Below are positions 1 through 11,243 of a stretch of DNA of 64,000 nucleotides, in pieces. The position numbers and the translations under genes were made by a program. Numbering within the stretch: position 1 is the stretch's first letter; each line of letters starts with the position of its first letter. Below the pieces are notes generated by a model. It was given only the letters and a program-made list of their open reading frames with translations. It made no database searches and was not told where the DNA came from. The DNA comes from an uncultured Acidobacteriota bacterium (GTDB lineage Bacteria > Acidobacteriota > Thermoanaerobaculia > UBA5066): the NCBI GenBank assembly GCA_963779415.1, contig CAVZYA010000001.1, forward strand, positions 64,001 through 128,000, read 5' to 3'.

Positions 1-2329
1 TACTTCGGCAGTGACGTTCCGCAGGCCTACGGCGACGCCCTCCACAAACCCCTCGCGCCCTCCGACCAGAGCCAGATCGGCGCGAGCGTAGGCGGACCGA
101 TCCTCAAGGACAAGCTCTTCTTCTTCGTCAGCGGCGAGAAGAACAAGCTCTCGGCTCCGACGGGCGGGTCCTCCGACGGCTCGACGGTCAACACGTTCAA
201 GGATCCGGCGTCCGCCGCCCTCTTCCAGAGCGTCCTGATCAACCAGTACGGCTACAACCCGGGCTCGTTGGGGGACTACAACACGAGGACGAACAGCAAC
301 CTGCTCTTCGGCCGGCTCGACTTCAACGCCAACGACTCCAATCAGGTGACGGTCCGCTACAACTACGTCGATGCCCTGCAGGACGTCGCCAGCACCCGCA
401 ATGTCAACACCTATTCGTTCGAAACGTCCGGGTACACGATCACCGACAAGACGAATTCGATCGTGGCGCAGGTCAACAGCGTCTTCGGCGCCGATTCGTT
501 CAACCAGGGCCGGGTCGGCTACCAGACGATCCGGGACGACCGCGCCCTGCCCGCGAACTTCCCGTCGGTCTACATCTGCAATACGCCCAGCGCGACGGGC
601 TGTACCTCGAGCTCGGGCGCCTACAGTCTACTGGCCGGGTCCGAACGCTCGTCCGAAGCGAACTCCCTCAGTCAGGACATCCTCGAAGTCACCGACGACT
701 TCACGCTGGTCAAGGGGAACCACTCGCTCACGATCGGAACTCACAACGAGTTCTTCAAGTTCTCGAACGTCTACATCCAGGACGTCTACGGAACCTACTT
801 CTTCAACTCGATCGCCGCCCTTCAGGCGGGGACCGCGAATGTCTATCGGGTGGGGTACGCCAACGGGTCAGACCCGAAACGGCCGGCCGAGTTCGGTGCC
901 CAGCAGTGGGGCGTTTATGTAGGCGACCAGTGGAAGGTGAGCAGCAACCTCAACCTGAACCTCGGCCTCCGCTTCGACATTCCGCGGCTCACGGACAGCC
1001 CGACGTACAACCCGCTCGTCTACAACACGTTCGGCGTCGACACGAGCGACGTGCCCGGCGCCCAGGTCGTCGTCTCGCCCCGCCTCGGCTTCAACTGGGC
1101 CCCGGACGCGTCGGGGAAGGACCAGGTGCGCGGCGGCGTCGGCGTCTTCCTCGGCCGGACCCCGTTCGTCTGGCTCTCCAACAACTACTCCAACACCGGC
1201 ATCGAGTACACGAACGTGATCGCGAGCAACGTGCCGTTCAACCCGGATCCCAACAACCCGCCGAGGAACTTTCCTCCGGGAACCGCCGCAATCACGGTCA
1301 ACGGGGTCAATCCGGATTTCAAGTTCCCCAAGGTTCTCCGAAGCACCCTGGGCTACGACCGTGAGCTGCCTTGGGATATCAAGGGGACCGTCGAGTTCAT
1401 GTTCACGAAGACGCTCGAGGACGTCTTCTACTACAACATCGCCAAGGCCCCGACCGGAAACTACACGTTCTACGGCGCGCCCATCTACAAGAACGTCAGC
1501 ACAGCGTTCTCGGACATGATCTATCTGGACAACACCAGCCGGGGCGAGCAGCAGAACCTCGTCGTGCAGCTGGAGAAGCGCTTCCCGTTCGGCCTCTACC
1601 TCAACGCGGCGTACGCCTACATGAACTCGAAGGCCGCCTTCGAGGGAACGTCCAGCGTCGCGTACTCGAACTGGCAGTACCAGACCACGAACGGCGACAT
1701 CTACACGCAGCAGCTCACGCGCTCCTTCTTCGAGGTACCGAATCGCTTCACCGCCGTCGCCACGCAGGCGTTCAAGACCGGGCCTCTGCTTCATAACGTC
1801 GGGCTGGTCTTCACGGCGCAGTCGGGACAGCCCTACTCGATCCTGATGGGGGGCGACCCGAACAAGGACGGAGGGTCGAGCAACGACCTCATCTTCGTCC
1901 CCCAGAACTACAGCGACATCGTCTGGAAGGGGAACGGGGGCTCCCACCGAAGCTCAGTGGAACAACTTCCTCGGGACGACGGGCCTCGACAAGTACCGCG
2001 GGCAGCTCCTGCCCCGCAACGCGCTCGACGCGCCGTGGATCCATACGCTCGACTTTCACTACGACGTGACTCTTCCGATCTCGGTGGTGCAGGTGCAGCT
2101 TTCGTTCGATATCCTGAACCTGATCAACCTGATCGACCACAACTCGGGGCTCGTCCGTTACGTCCAGAACCAGACCTACACCGCGCTCAGCTACTCGGGG
2201 ATCGACACGGCCACGGGCAAGCCGATCTACACCGTCAGCGCGAACTCGCTCAACGAGGGAATTCAGTACACCATCCAGGACGTCCGCTCGCGCTACCAGC
2301 TGAAGTGGGGGGCGCGCCTCTCCTTCTGA
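1..2329 (+). CDS. TonB-dependent receptor, Oar-like (5' end outside window; one frameshift near 1940)
   Basis: Frame 1 is open from base 1 (IGASVGGPILKDKLFFF). It carries beta-barrel motifs (YVGDQWKV, LNLGLRFD, SPRLGFNWAP, LEKRF). The C-terminal fragment 2066-2329 ends in LKWGARLSF, with the terminal Phe typical of outer-membrane proteins. Confidence 0.85.
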
Positions 2330-2350
2330 GGGATTCGACACGCTCCAGGG

Positions 2351-2378
2351 AACGGGGGGCATCGGCCCCCCGTTTTTT
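2351..2378 (+). terminator. Rho-independent terminator
   Basis: AACGGGGGGC-ATCG-GCCCCCCGTT hairpin running into a T tract, just after the receptor stop. Confidence 0.8.
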
Positions 2379-2408
2379 CGGTATCCTTCCGCCGGAGGAA
2401 AATTTGAC

Positions 2409-3591
2409 ATGACCGTCACAGAAACGGCATCGGCCCTGACGGCCGTTCCCCCGGTCTCGATTCTTCAGGACCACGAGCGCGAGATCGCGGAAAACGTCCA
2501 CCGGTTCGCGGTCGAGGAAATCGCCCCGAAGTCGATGGAGATGGACCGGGCGAACCTCATGGACCCCGCCCTCGTCCGGAAGTTCTTCGACCTCGACCTG
2601 ATGGGGATCGAGATCCCCGAGGAGCTCGGGGGGCTGGGCCTGAATTTCGCGACGTCGATCGCCGTCATCGAGGCGCTCGCCCGCGTGGACGCCGCGGCGG
2701 CCGTCGTCGTCGACGTCCAGAACACCCTCGTCAACAACGCCCTTCTCCGCTGGGCGAGCCCCGCGCTGAAGAAGAGGTACCTGCCGCAGCTCGCGAAGTC
2801 GAAGGTCGGGGCGTACGCGCTTTCCGAGGCGGGCTCCGGGTCCGATGCGTTCGCCCTCGCGACGACCGCCGCGAGAAAGGGGGACCGCTGGGTCCTGAAC
2901 GGGTCCAAGCTCTGGATCACGAACGGGCTCGAGGCGGAGATCTTCCTCATCTTCGCGAACGTCGACCGGTCGAAGGGGTATCGCGGGATCACGGCTTTCC
3001 TCGTCGAGTCGGGCTGGAAGGGGTTCGGGAAGGGGAAGAAGGAAGACAAGCTCGGCATCCGCGCCTCCTCCACGCTCGCCCTGTCGTTCGAGGACGTCGA
3101 GGTGCCCGAGGAGAACGTCGTCGGAAACGTCGGCGAGGGGTACAAGATCGCCATCGAGACCCTCAACGAGGGGCGGATCGGGATCGGCGCGCAGATGGTC
3201 GGCATCGCCCGGGCGGCGCTCGACTACGCGGCGACAGTACGCGAAGGAGCGGGTGCAGTTCGGCAAGCCGATCGCCGAGTTCCAGGCCATCCAGCACGAC
3301 CTCGCCCGGATGGACATGGAGGTCGAGTGCGCCCGCCTCGCGGTCTACAACGCCGCGCGGCTGAAGGAGGCGGGGAAGCCGTTCGCGCGCGAGGGGGCCA
3401 TCGCGAAGCTGAAGGGGTCGGAGGTGGCCGAGTACTGCACGTCCCGCGGGCTCGAGATCCTGGGGGGCTACGGCTACGTGAAGGATTACCCGATGGAGAA
3501 GCTCTTCCGCGACGCGAAGATCGGGAAGATCTACGAAGGGACCTCCTTCATGCAGCTCAACACGATCGCGAAGGACGTCCTGAAGAGATAG
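2409..3591 (+). CDS. Acyl-CoA dehydrogenase (frameshift near 3235)
   Basis: Motifs YALSEAGSGSDA, LNGSKLWITNG, KLGIRASST and LNEGRIGIGAQ. The second fragment has QFGKPIAEFQAIQH, GGYGYVKDYP and KIYEGTS. Confidence 0.9.
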
Positions 3592-3666
3592 CGCGAAGGA
3601 CCCGAAGGATCGCCTTTTTTCTTGGAGCGGATGAGCGGCGGCCGACTGTCTTATCCTCTAAGAAGA

Positions 3667-5077
3667 ATGGCAGCGTCGACTCGAGCCGGAAAGTCCTCAT
3701 CTGCGGCGCGAGATCGGCCTCTGGCAGGGGACCGCCCTCAACGTCATCGACATGGTGGGGATCGGTCCGTTCGTCACCCTGCCGCTCATCCTCGCGGCGA
3801 TGGGGGGCGGACGGGCGCTCGGCGCCTGGCTTCTCGGCGCCCTCCTGGCCATCTGCGACGGTCTCGTGACGGCCGAGCTTTCGGCGACATTGCCGCGCGC
3901 GGGCGGGTCGTACGCCTTCCTTCGCGAGGCCTACGGCCCCGACCGGTGGGGGAGGCTCGTCTCGTTCCTCTTCCTCTTCCAGATCGTCTTCTCCGCGCCG
4001 CTCTCGATGGCCTCCGGCGCGATCGGCTTTTCGCGCTATCTGAAGTTCGTCGTCCCGGGGATTCCGGACGGGTGGGAGGCGCCCGTCGCCTCGGTGCTCT
4101 GCCTCGCCGTCACGCTACTCCTCTGCCGCCGGATCGGCGCCATCGGGAAGTTCTCCGTCGTCCTCTGGATCGGCGTCCTCGCCACGCTCGGCATCGTCAT
4201 CGGTCTCGGCCTGCCGCACCTGAAGTGGGAGGCCTTCCGTTTCTGGGCCGCGCCGGTCGAAACCGCGCCCGGCCTTCCGGCTCCCTCGGGCGCCTTCGGC
4301 GGGCTCGGAGCCGCGCTGATCCTCGCGGTCTACGACTACCTCGGCTACTACAACATCTGCTACCTCGCCGAGGAGGTGAAGGAGCCGACGAAGACGATCC
4401 CTCGCGTCATCGTCGTCTCCATCCTCTCGGTGGCCGTCCTCTACGTCCTGATGAACGTCTCGATCCTGTCGGTCCTGCCGGCGAAGGAGGCGATGGCCTC
4501 GAAAGCGACCGTCTCGGAGTTCGTCGCCGCCGTGGCCGGGCGGCCGATGGCCCGGGCCGTCACGGTCCTGATCCTCTGGACGGCCTTCGCGTCGGTCTTC
4601 TCTCTGACGCTCGGCTACTCGCGGATCCTCTGGGCGGCGGCGCGCGACGGGAACTTCTTCCGCCCCTTCGCGCGGCTCCACCCGACGGAAGGCTACCCGG
4701 TCGTCGCCCTCTTCGCCCTCGGCGGCGCGGCCGCCCTCTTCTCCTTCATCGACCTTCGAAAGGTCGTCATGGCGATCCTCTCGATCCGGGCCGTCATTCC
4801 CTTCATGGCGCAGATCGTCGCCGCGCTCGTCCTCCGGCGCCGTCTGCCGGACTCGGCCCGGCCGTTTAGGATGTGGCTTTATCCGCTTCCGGCGCTCGTG
4901 GCGCTCCTCCTCTGGGGCTTCGTCCTCTTCTCTCCGGAGAAGGGCCTCCGGGCGACGGGGCTCGTCGTCATCGGCGCCGGATCGATCGCGTTTCTCGTCC
5001 GCTCACGCCTCCGGGGGAGCTGGCCGTTCGCTCCGGCGGGCCCGCCCTCCGGTGCTAACATTCGCCCCCCGTCCTGA
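3667..5077 (+). CDS. APC-family amino acid permease (apparent frameshift near the 5' end)
   Basis: MVGIGPF, ELSATLPRAGGSYAFLREAYG, LAEEVKEP and SRILWAAARDG motifs, with about 12 hydrophobic segments. The start is uncertain (3667 or 3752). Confidence 0.85.
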
Positions 5078-5153
5078 GGCGACGTACCCAAGTGGTTAAG
5101 GGAAGGCTCTGCAAAAGCCTCATTCGTCGGTTCGAATCCGACCGTCGCCTCCA
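5078..5153 (+). tRNA. tRNA-Cys(GCA)
   Basis: GGCGACG/CGTCGCC acceptor stem, anticodon loop CT-GCA-AA, GGTTCGAATCC T-arm and encoded CCA. Confidence 0.95.
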
Positions 5154-5171
5154 ATCGTCGACCCCCCTCGC

Positions 5172-5260
5172 GCCGGAGTGGCGAAACTGGCAGACGCAGG
5201 GGACTTAAAATCCCCAGGTCCGAAAGGGCCATGCGGGTTCGACTCCCGCCTCCGGCACCA
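5172..5260 (+). tRNA. tRNA-Leu(TAA)
   Basis: GCCGGAG/CTCCGGC acceptor stem, anticodon loop CT-TAA-AA, long variable arm, GGTTCGACTCC and CCA end. Confidence 0.95.
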
Positions 5261-5289
5261 GAACGGATCCAAGTGAAAGTGAAGGACTC

Positions 5290-5805
5290 TTGAAGAAACA
5301 CGCTCTCCTCGTCGTCTCCCTCGCCGTGATGGCGGGCGCCTGCTCCACCCTCTCGACGACCGTCGACTTCGACCACTCGGCGGATTTCTCGCGTTATCGG
5401 TCCTACACGTGGAAAGACACGGGCGAGATCGCCGATTCAATATGGGACCGGCGGGTGGAGAGCGTCCTTGAGGACACCGTGGCGGCGAGGGGCCTGAAGA
5501 AGGTCGATCGCGAAGGTGACCTCCTGATGGTGGTCCACGCCCGGTTTTCGGTGGAGACGCAGGTGACCACCTGGAACTCCGGCTGGGGCTACGGATGGGG
5601 ATGGGGACCCACCACCACCCAGGTTACGCAGATCCCTCTCGGCACGATGATCGTCGACCTCGTCGACGCGAAGAACAACCAGCTCGTCTGGCGCGGCATC
5701 GCCAACGACACGCTTCAGCCCGACAAGCAGCCCGAGGAGCGGGAGAAAAAGCTCCGGACGGTCATGGCGGGTCTATTCGCGGATTATCCGCCAGCCCCGA
5801 AGTGA
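5290..5805 (+). CDS. DUF4136-like lipoprotein
   Basis: Signal peptide with lipobox-like AGAC, then DFDHSADFSRYRSY and GTMIVDLVDAKNNQLVWRG. Confidence 0.8.
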   Translation: MKKHALLVVSLAVMAGACSTLSTTVDFDHSADFSRYRSYTWKDTGEIADSIWDRRVESVLEDTVAARGLKKVDREGDLLMVVHARFSVETQVTTWNSGWGYGWGWGPTTTQVTQIPLGTMIVDLVDAKNNQLVWRGIANDTLQPDKQPEEREKKLRTVMAGLFADYPPAPK

Positions 5806-6515
5806 GCGACCCCTTCGCCTTTCTGGAGGATCGCCTCGGCCATCGCTTCGTCGAGAGAGAGCTCCTCGTCCGGGCCCTGACCCACGCGTCGTTCGCGAAC
5901 GAGGCCGAGCCCGCGGCGAAGGTCGTGGACAACGAGACGCTGGAGTTCCTCGGCGACAGCGTTCTCGGATTTCTCGTCGCGGAGCGCCTCTTTCGTTCCC
6001 ATCCCGGCTGGGAGCAGGGGACGCTGACGAAGGCCCGCGCCGAGATCGTCTCCGAGGCCTCCCTCGCGGAGACGGCGCGGCGACTCGATCTGGGGCCGCT
6101 TCTCCGGCTCGCCTCCTCGGACGAGAGGTCGGGAGGTCGCGACCGGGATGCGCGCCTCGCGGACGCGCTGGAGGCGGTCGTCGCGGGCGTCTTTCTCGAC
6201 GGAGGGCTGGAAGCTGCGCGGATCGCCGTCGCACGGCTCTTCGACGCCGACCTCGACGCTCTCGAGCCCGAAGAGCTCCTGCGCCGTGACGCGAAGAGCG
6301 CCCTGCAGGAGCGTGCGCAGGCCGAGGGGAATGCGCTTCCGCGCTACCGGCTTCTCTCGGAGAGCGGCCCCGACCACGAGAAGCGCTTCGTCTACGAGGT
6401 GCGTTACGGATCCGGAGACGAGCTCTTCGCGACGGGGGAGGGCGCGTCGAAGAAGGAGGCGCAGAGGGCGGCCGCCCGCGCCGCCCTCGACCGCCTCAGC
6501 GCGCGAAGCGGCTGA
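5802..6515 (+). CDS. rnc: Ribonuclease III
   Basis: RALTHASFAN, NETLEFLGDSVLG and ADALEAVVAG motifs; dsRBD with GPDHEKRF and GASKKEAQRAAA. The GTG at 5802 overlaps the upstream stop. Confidence 0.95.
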   Translation: MSDPFAFLEDRLGHRFVERELLVRALTHASFANEAEPAAKVVDNETLEFLGDSVLGFLVAERLFRSHPGWEQGTLTKARAEIVSEASLAETARRLDLGPLLRLASSDERSGGRDRDARLADALEAVVAGVFLDGGLEAARIAVARLFDADLDALEPEELLRRDAKSALQERAQAEGNALPRYRLLSESGPDHEKRFVYEVRYGSGDELFATGEGASKKEAQRAAARAALDRLSARSG

Positions 6516-6544
6516 CGAACGACTCGGGAGGCTCGAAGCCGACG
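6473..6544 (+). repeat. 72-bp direct repeat, left copy (contains rnc 3' end and a relic of the dsbD 3' end)
   Basis: 69/72 identical to 9436-9507 by manual alignment. Confidence 0.9.
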
Positions 6545-9435
6545 CTTCCCCCCGTTGGCTGCAACGAATTCGCTTGGATTTCACATAAGATATAGGAGCC
6601 GGTGGGAAGGCGCCGGCGGGGGGGATCGAATGCGTGGCACGTGCGTCGTCCGCGCGCTTCTGATCGCGTTCTCGTTGATTCCGGTGAACCTTCTGGCGGA
6701 TTCGGCCTGGACGATCCCGGGGATCGTGAACGCCCCCGGCCTGAACGGGACGCACTTCGTCTCGGACCTGACCGTCACGAACCCGGGAGGCGCCCCTGCG
6801 AACGTAACCCTCTCGTTCTTCCCCTCCGGGTCGAGCCCGAAGGCGCTGGCGCTGAGTCCGGGCCAAACAGTCGTCTCCTCCGACGTGGTCGGGAGGCTCT
6901 TCGGGACGCCCGGCGCCGCCGGCGCCCTCTCGGTCGTATCGGATCAGCCGCTCCTCATCCGCGCGAAGACGTACAACACGGCCTCGTCCGGAACGTACGG
7001 CGTCGCCCTTCCCGTCGTCTCCTCCGACCGTCTCCTCGCCCCCGGAGACGTGGCCGACAGCCTTTGGGTGAGCCAGGATTCTTCTCCGAGCGCAGGCTAC
7101 CGGACGAACGTCACCCTCGTCTTTCCCGACGCGTCGGGAGGCGCGGCGACCGTGACGATCTTCGACGCGGACGGAAACGAGCGCGGAAGCCGGGACTTCA
7201 GCCTCGCCGCGGCGGGCCAGCAGCAATTCACGGTCGGGAGCTTCGCGGGGGCCGTGCCCGTCGGGCGCGCGCGGGTCGCGGTGACGCGCGGACACGCTGC
7301 CGGATACGCGGTCGTCGTCGACAACGTCACGGGCGACAGCTCCCTCTTCTCCTTCGAGGACCTGCCGGGCGGCATCCAGGACGTCCTCGTGAACGGCGTC
7401 GCGCGGACGAACGGGCGGAATGGATCGTTCTTCCGGACGGACGGGCGCTTCTACAACCCGACGGATACGGACGCGACCGTCGAGGTCGCGTTTCACGCCA
7501 GCGGCATGGCGAACCCTTCGCCCGCGACGGCCTCTTTCACGGTCCCCGCCGGGAAGGTCCTCGGCGTCGTCGACGTCCTCGACTCGCTGCTCGGGCTCCC
7601 CGTCGGCTCCTCAGGCGCCCTGAGGTTCCGGTCGGACTGGCCGGTCGCGATTCTCTGCCGTACGAGCAACGTGGACCCGACGGGGGCGAATCCCGGCACC
7701 TTCGGCTCGCAGCAGAAGCCGGTGCCGCTCCTGTCGTTCCTCACCTCGGCGGACGCCGGAGCCGCGGTCACGGGCATCCGGCAGGACGCTTCGTTCCGGA
7801 CGAACATCGGCTTTGCGGCCGGGGCCGACGGGGCGGCGTACACGCTGACTCTGACGGATGCCGCGGGAAACGCCGTGGCGACGGCGTCGGCCTCGCTCGG
7901 CAGCTTCGGCTGGACCCAGCCGGGAATCCAGGCCCTCTTCCCGGGGACCACGATCCCCGAGAATGCGACGCTTCGGGTGAAGGTCACGGGCGGGAGCGTC
8001 GACATCTTCGACTCGTCCGTAGACAACCTCTCGGCAGACGCGGTCGTCACGCCGATCGCGCCGCTTCCGGTCGTCATCCCGTCGTCGGCGACGATCGGGC
8101 CCGCGGGGGGCTCGATCCGGTCGGACGACGGGCGCCTGACGCTTAAGGTCCCTGCAGGCGCCTTGAGCCAGCCCGTAACGCTCTCCTTCCAGGCCACATC
8201 GACCGACGCGCCACAGGCCATTGGGTCGGGGTCCAGATTCTTCCGTCCGGCGTCTCCTTCTCGATGCCGGTGCTCCTCACCCTCGCGTTCGGGAGAGGCG
8301 ACACGGAGGGATCCAGCGCCGGAGCATTGACGCTCGCTTCGAACGCGGGCACAGGCTGGTTCGCCCTCGGAGGAGGATCCGTGGACCCGGTACGGCACAC
8401 CTTGACGGTTCCGCTCGACTCGACGTCACCGGCGCCGCCGGTATCGTCGGAACATGCGGCCCCGGGGCGAGGTTGACGTCGGCAAGTGGTACTTCGCCAT
8501 CATCGATAGCTGGCGGTTTGACCCGATCGGGATGCAGACGATGTTCGTGGACCAAAAACTGGATCTCTCGGTCAAGTTCGTGGGGTACTCGTCCTCGCTC
8601 ATCGAGACGTCGGGTCGCCTCTTTCTCTCCAGCTCTCCCTCCGAGGTGGCGGTCCGCTGGATCGTCAACGATCAAGTCGCGGGGGGATTGGAGTCGGGCG
8701 TCGTCGTCAGCGTCAGCCCCACGACGGGGACGTACATCGCACCGTCCTGTCCCCCGCGGAGGAACCCGGTCTATCTCAATGCGACGATTGGGAACGCCAC
8801 CGGGTTCGCGCCGCGGTATGGGGTGTTCGGGGGTCTACATGTCCGCGTCCTGGCACGGAAGTGGTCGCTTCAGTGGTTCGTGACGGCAGCGACCGACTGC
8901 AATGGGCAGCAGACCTACTCGGACCGCGTGGACTGGGCCCCGAAGCAGCCGACGATCTCGTTCACCCTGGACGACAATTTCCATGGCTCCGCGACGCAGA
9001 CCTTCCTTGCCGCTTCCCACGACCTCAAAGCGTGTCAGGTGTGTCCGGGTGGCACGATGTCGATCTCGAAGCCCGGCACCGACACTCCGATGATGGTTCT
9101 CGTCACCGCCGACTGGAACAAATGCGAAGACGCCATGGACCTCAATGTCTACACGAATTACTCCGGGTTGCAGGGCGCGTTCGCGCGCTGCACGCATCCG
9201 AACGGGGAATGGGAAGAAGGCGTGATTCCGGAGTTCCTCGGGTTTGAATATCCCCTGTTGGGCTTCCAACCGAAGGATACGTTCGACGCAACAGATGATC
9301 TGCCACCGTGGACGATCGGGGTCGCCGTCGCGCTCGACGGCATCTGTCCGTGACGTCCTGTCCCGAAGGCCCGAGGCGGGAATCCGGGGCGCACGCATCG
9401 CGCCGCCGCGCGTGGTCGACGAGAACCTCGTGCAT
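6545..9435. mobile_element. Putative integrase-less genomic islet bounded by 72-bp direct repeats
   Basis: Flanking duplication of the rnc/dsbD tail-to-tail overlap. The cargo is one secreted-protein gene, and no recombinase is encoded. Confidence 0.55.
6630..9353 (+). CDS. Large secreted protein: tandem A-B-A'-B' module, ZU5-like segment and Cys-rich C-terminus (frameshifts near 8240 and 8470)
   Basis: Signal peptide, repeated motifs ([35 protein letters not shown]) and [24 protein letters not shown]. Clear paralog of 14173-16866. Confidence 0.75.
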
Positions 9436-9507
9436 CGCCCGCGCCGCCCTCGACCTCCTCAGCGCTCGAGGCGGCTGACGAACGACTCGGGAGGCTCGAA
9501 GCCGACG
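9436..9507 (+). repeat. 72-bp direct repeat, right copy (contains dsbD 3' end and a relic of the rnc 3' end)
   Basis: 69/72 identical to 6473-6544. Confidence 0.9.
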
Positions 9508-11243
9508 ATGCGCTCGCCGGTCTCGCGGCCGTCCGGGCCGAGGAAGATCAGCGTCGGAACGCCGAGCACCTTCCATTCGTCCTTCAGCGCCTCGACCTCC
9601 GGCGAGCCGGTCTTCGTCAGGTCGGCCTTCAGGAAGACCCAGCCCTTGCCCGCCGCGACGACGGCCGGGTCGGTGAAGGTCTTGTGCTCGAGCTCCTTGC
9701 ACGGGAGGCACCAGTCGGCGGCGAAGTCGATCATCACCGGCTTGCCGGCCGCCGCCCGCGAGGGCGGCCTCGGAGTAGGGCCGCGAATGACGAGCTGCTG
9801 GCGGCGTGCTTTCTTCGGGAGGGCGAAGAGGACGCCGGCCGCCGAAGAAGCGCGAGCGGCGACGACGATCCGGAGCGGCCCGGAACCAGGCGAGGTCCCG
9901 CCCGCTCTTCTCGAGGAGGAGGAGCCAGACTCCGCCCGCGAGCGAGCGGGGCCGCGACGCCGATCTCGCAGAGGCGAGCCGGAGAGGAGCGGCCGGAGGA
10001 ACCAGACCGCGAGCGCGAGGAGGGCGAAGCCGAAGACGCGGCGGACCGCTTCCATCCACTCGCCCGACCGCGGGAGCTTCGCGAGGCTTCCCGACACCGT
10101 CCCGAGGACGAGGTAGGGAAGGCCGAGCCCCATCGCGAGCGTGAAGAAGAGGCCGAAGTCCGAGCGGGACGGACCCCTTCGCGGCGACATAGGTCAGGAG
10201 CGAGAGGACGAAGGGCCCGATGCAGGGGGCCGCGACGAAACCGACGAAGAGGCCCATCGTGACGGCACCGGCGATTCCTGCCTTCGAGCCCGTCCGGTCG
10301 GTGATGAAGTGAGGGACGCGGATCTCCCAGAGCCCGAACATCGAGAGGGCGAGGGCCGGCGATCAGAAGGGCGATCGCGACGAGGACGGCGGGCTTCTGG
10401 AGCCAGGCGCCGAAGAGCGAGCCGGAGAGCGCCGCGAAGACGCCGAGGGCGGAGTAGGTGACGCTCATCCCGAGGACGTACGCGAGGGCGAGCCCGAACG
10501 TCGAAGGCGTCCGGCCCGAGCCCTGCCGGGCGAAGAAGCCGACCGTGATCGGGATCAGGGGATAGACGCACGGCGTCAGGTTCAGGGCGAGACCGGAGAG
10601 GAAGACGATCGCGAGGATCAGCGGGAGCGACTTGCCCGCGAAGAGGTCCGCTCCCGCGGCGGGGGCCGTCCCCTTCGAGGAGGGCGCGGCCGGAGCGCCG
10701 GCCCGGGGCGAAGAACCCGGCGTTCGCCGCCACCGCGGGCGTGCCTGCGGGGGCGACCTCCATGTCGAGCGTCGCCGTCACCTTCGCAGGCGGGAGGCAC
10801 TGCTCGTCGTTGCAGGGCTGGAACTCGACGGTGGCGGTGAGCGTTCGCGGTCCCGGGATCGCCGAGGCGTCGACCGTTCCGTCGAACCGGAAGAGGACCC
10901 TTCCTTCATAGACGGCGAGCGGCTTCTCCGAGAAGGCGAACTTCATCTCGCGATGGGCGGGGTACTTCGGGGGCGAGACGGTGAGGCCGGGGCCGGCGAC
11001 GAGCGAGACCTGGGTCGGGATCAGGAAATCCTCGTTCGGCGTGTGGCTGTTGACGTGCCACCCCGGCCGGACGTCGGCGACGACGACGAGGCGGAAGGAG
11101 GTCCCCGCGACGAGGCGGTCGGCGTCGGCGCGAAGCGACGCGGAGACGATCGACTCGGGAGGGGGGATCTCCTCCCCGCGGGCGGCCGGGGAGAGAAGCA
11201 GGGCGGCGACGGACGCGGCGGCAAGAAGGATGTTCCGCTTCAT
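9459..11243 (-). CDS. dsbD: Thiol:disulfide interchange protein DsbD (several frameshifts)
   Basis: N-domain QPCNDEQCLPP, membrane domain LNLTPCVYPLIP and VAAPCIGP, LPRSGEWM, and thioredoxin domain DFAADWCLPCKEL. Confidence 0.9.

Noticed and set aside
3591-3622. Terminator after acyl-CoA dehydrogenase
   Set aside because: A T tract is present but the stem is too weak to call.
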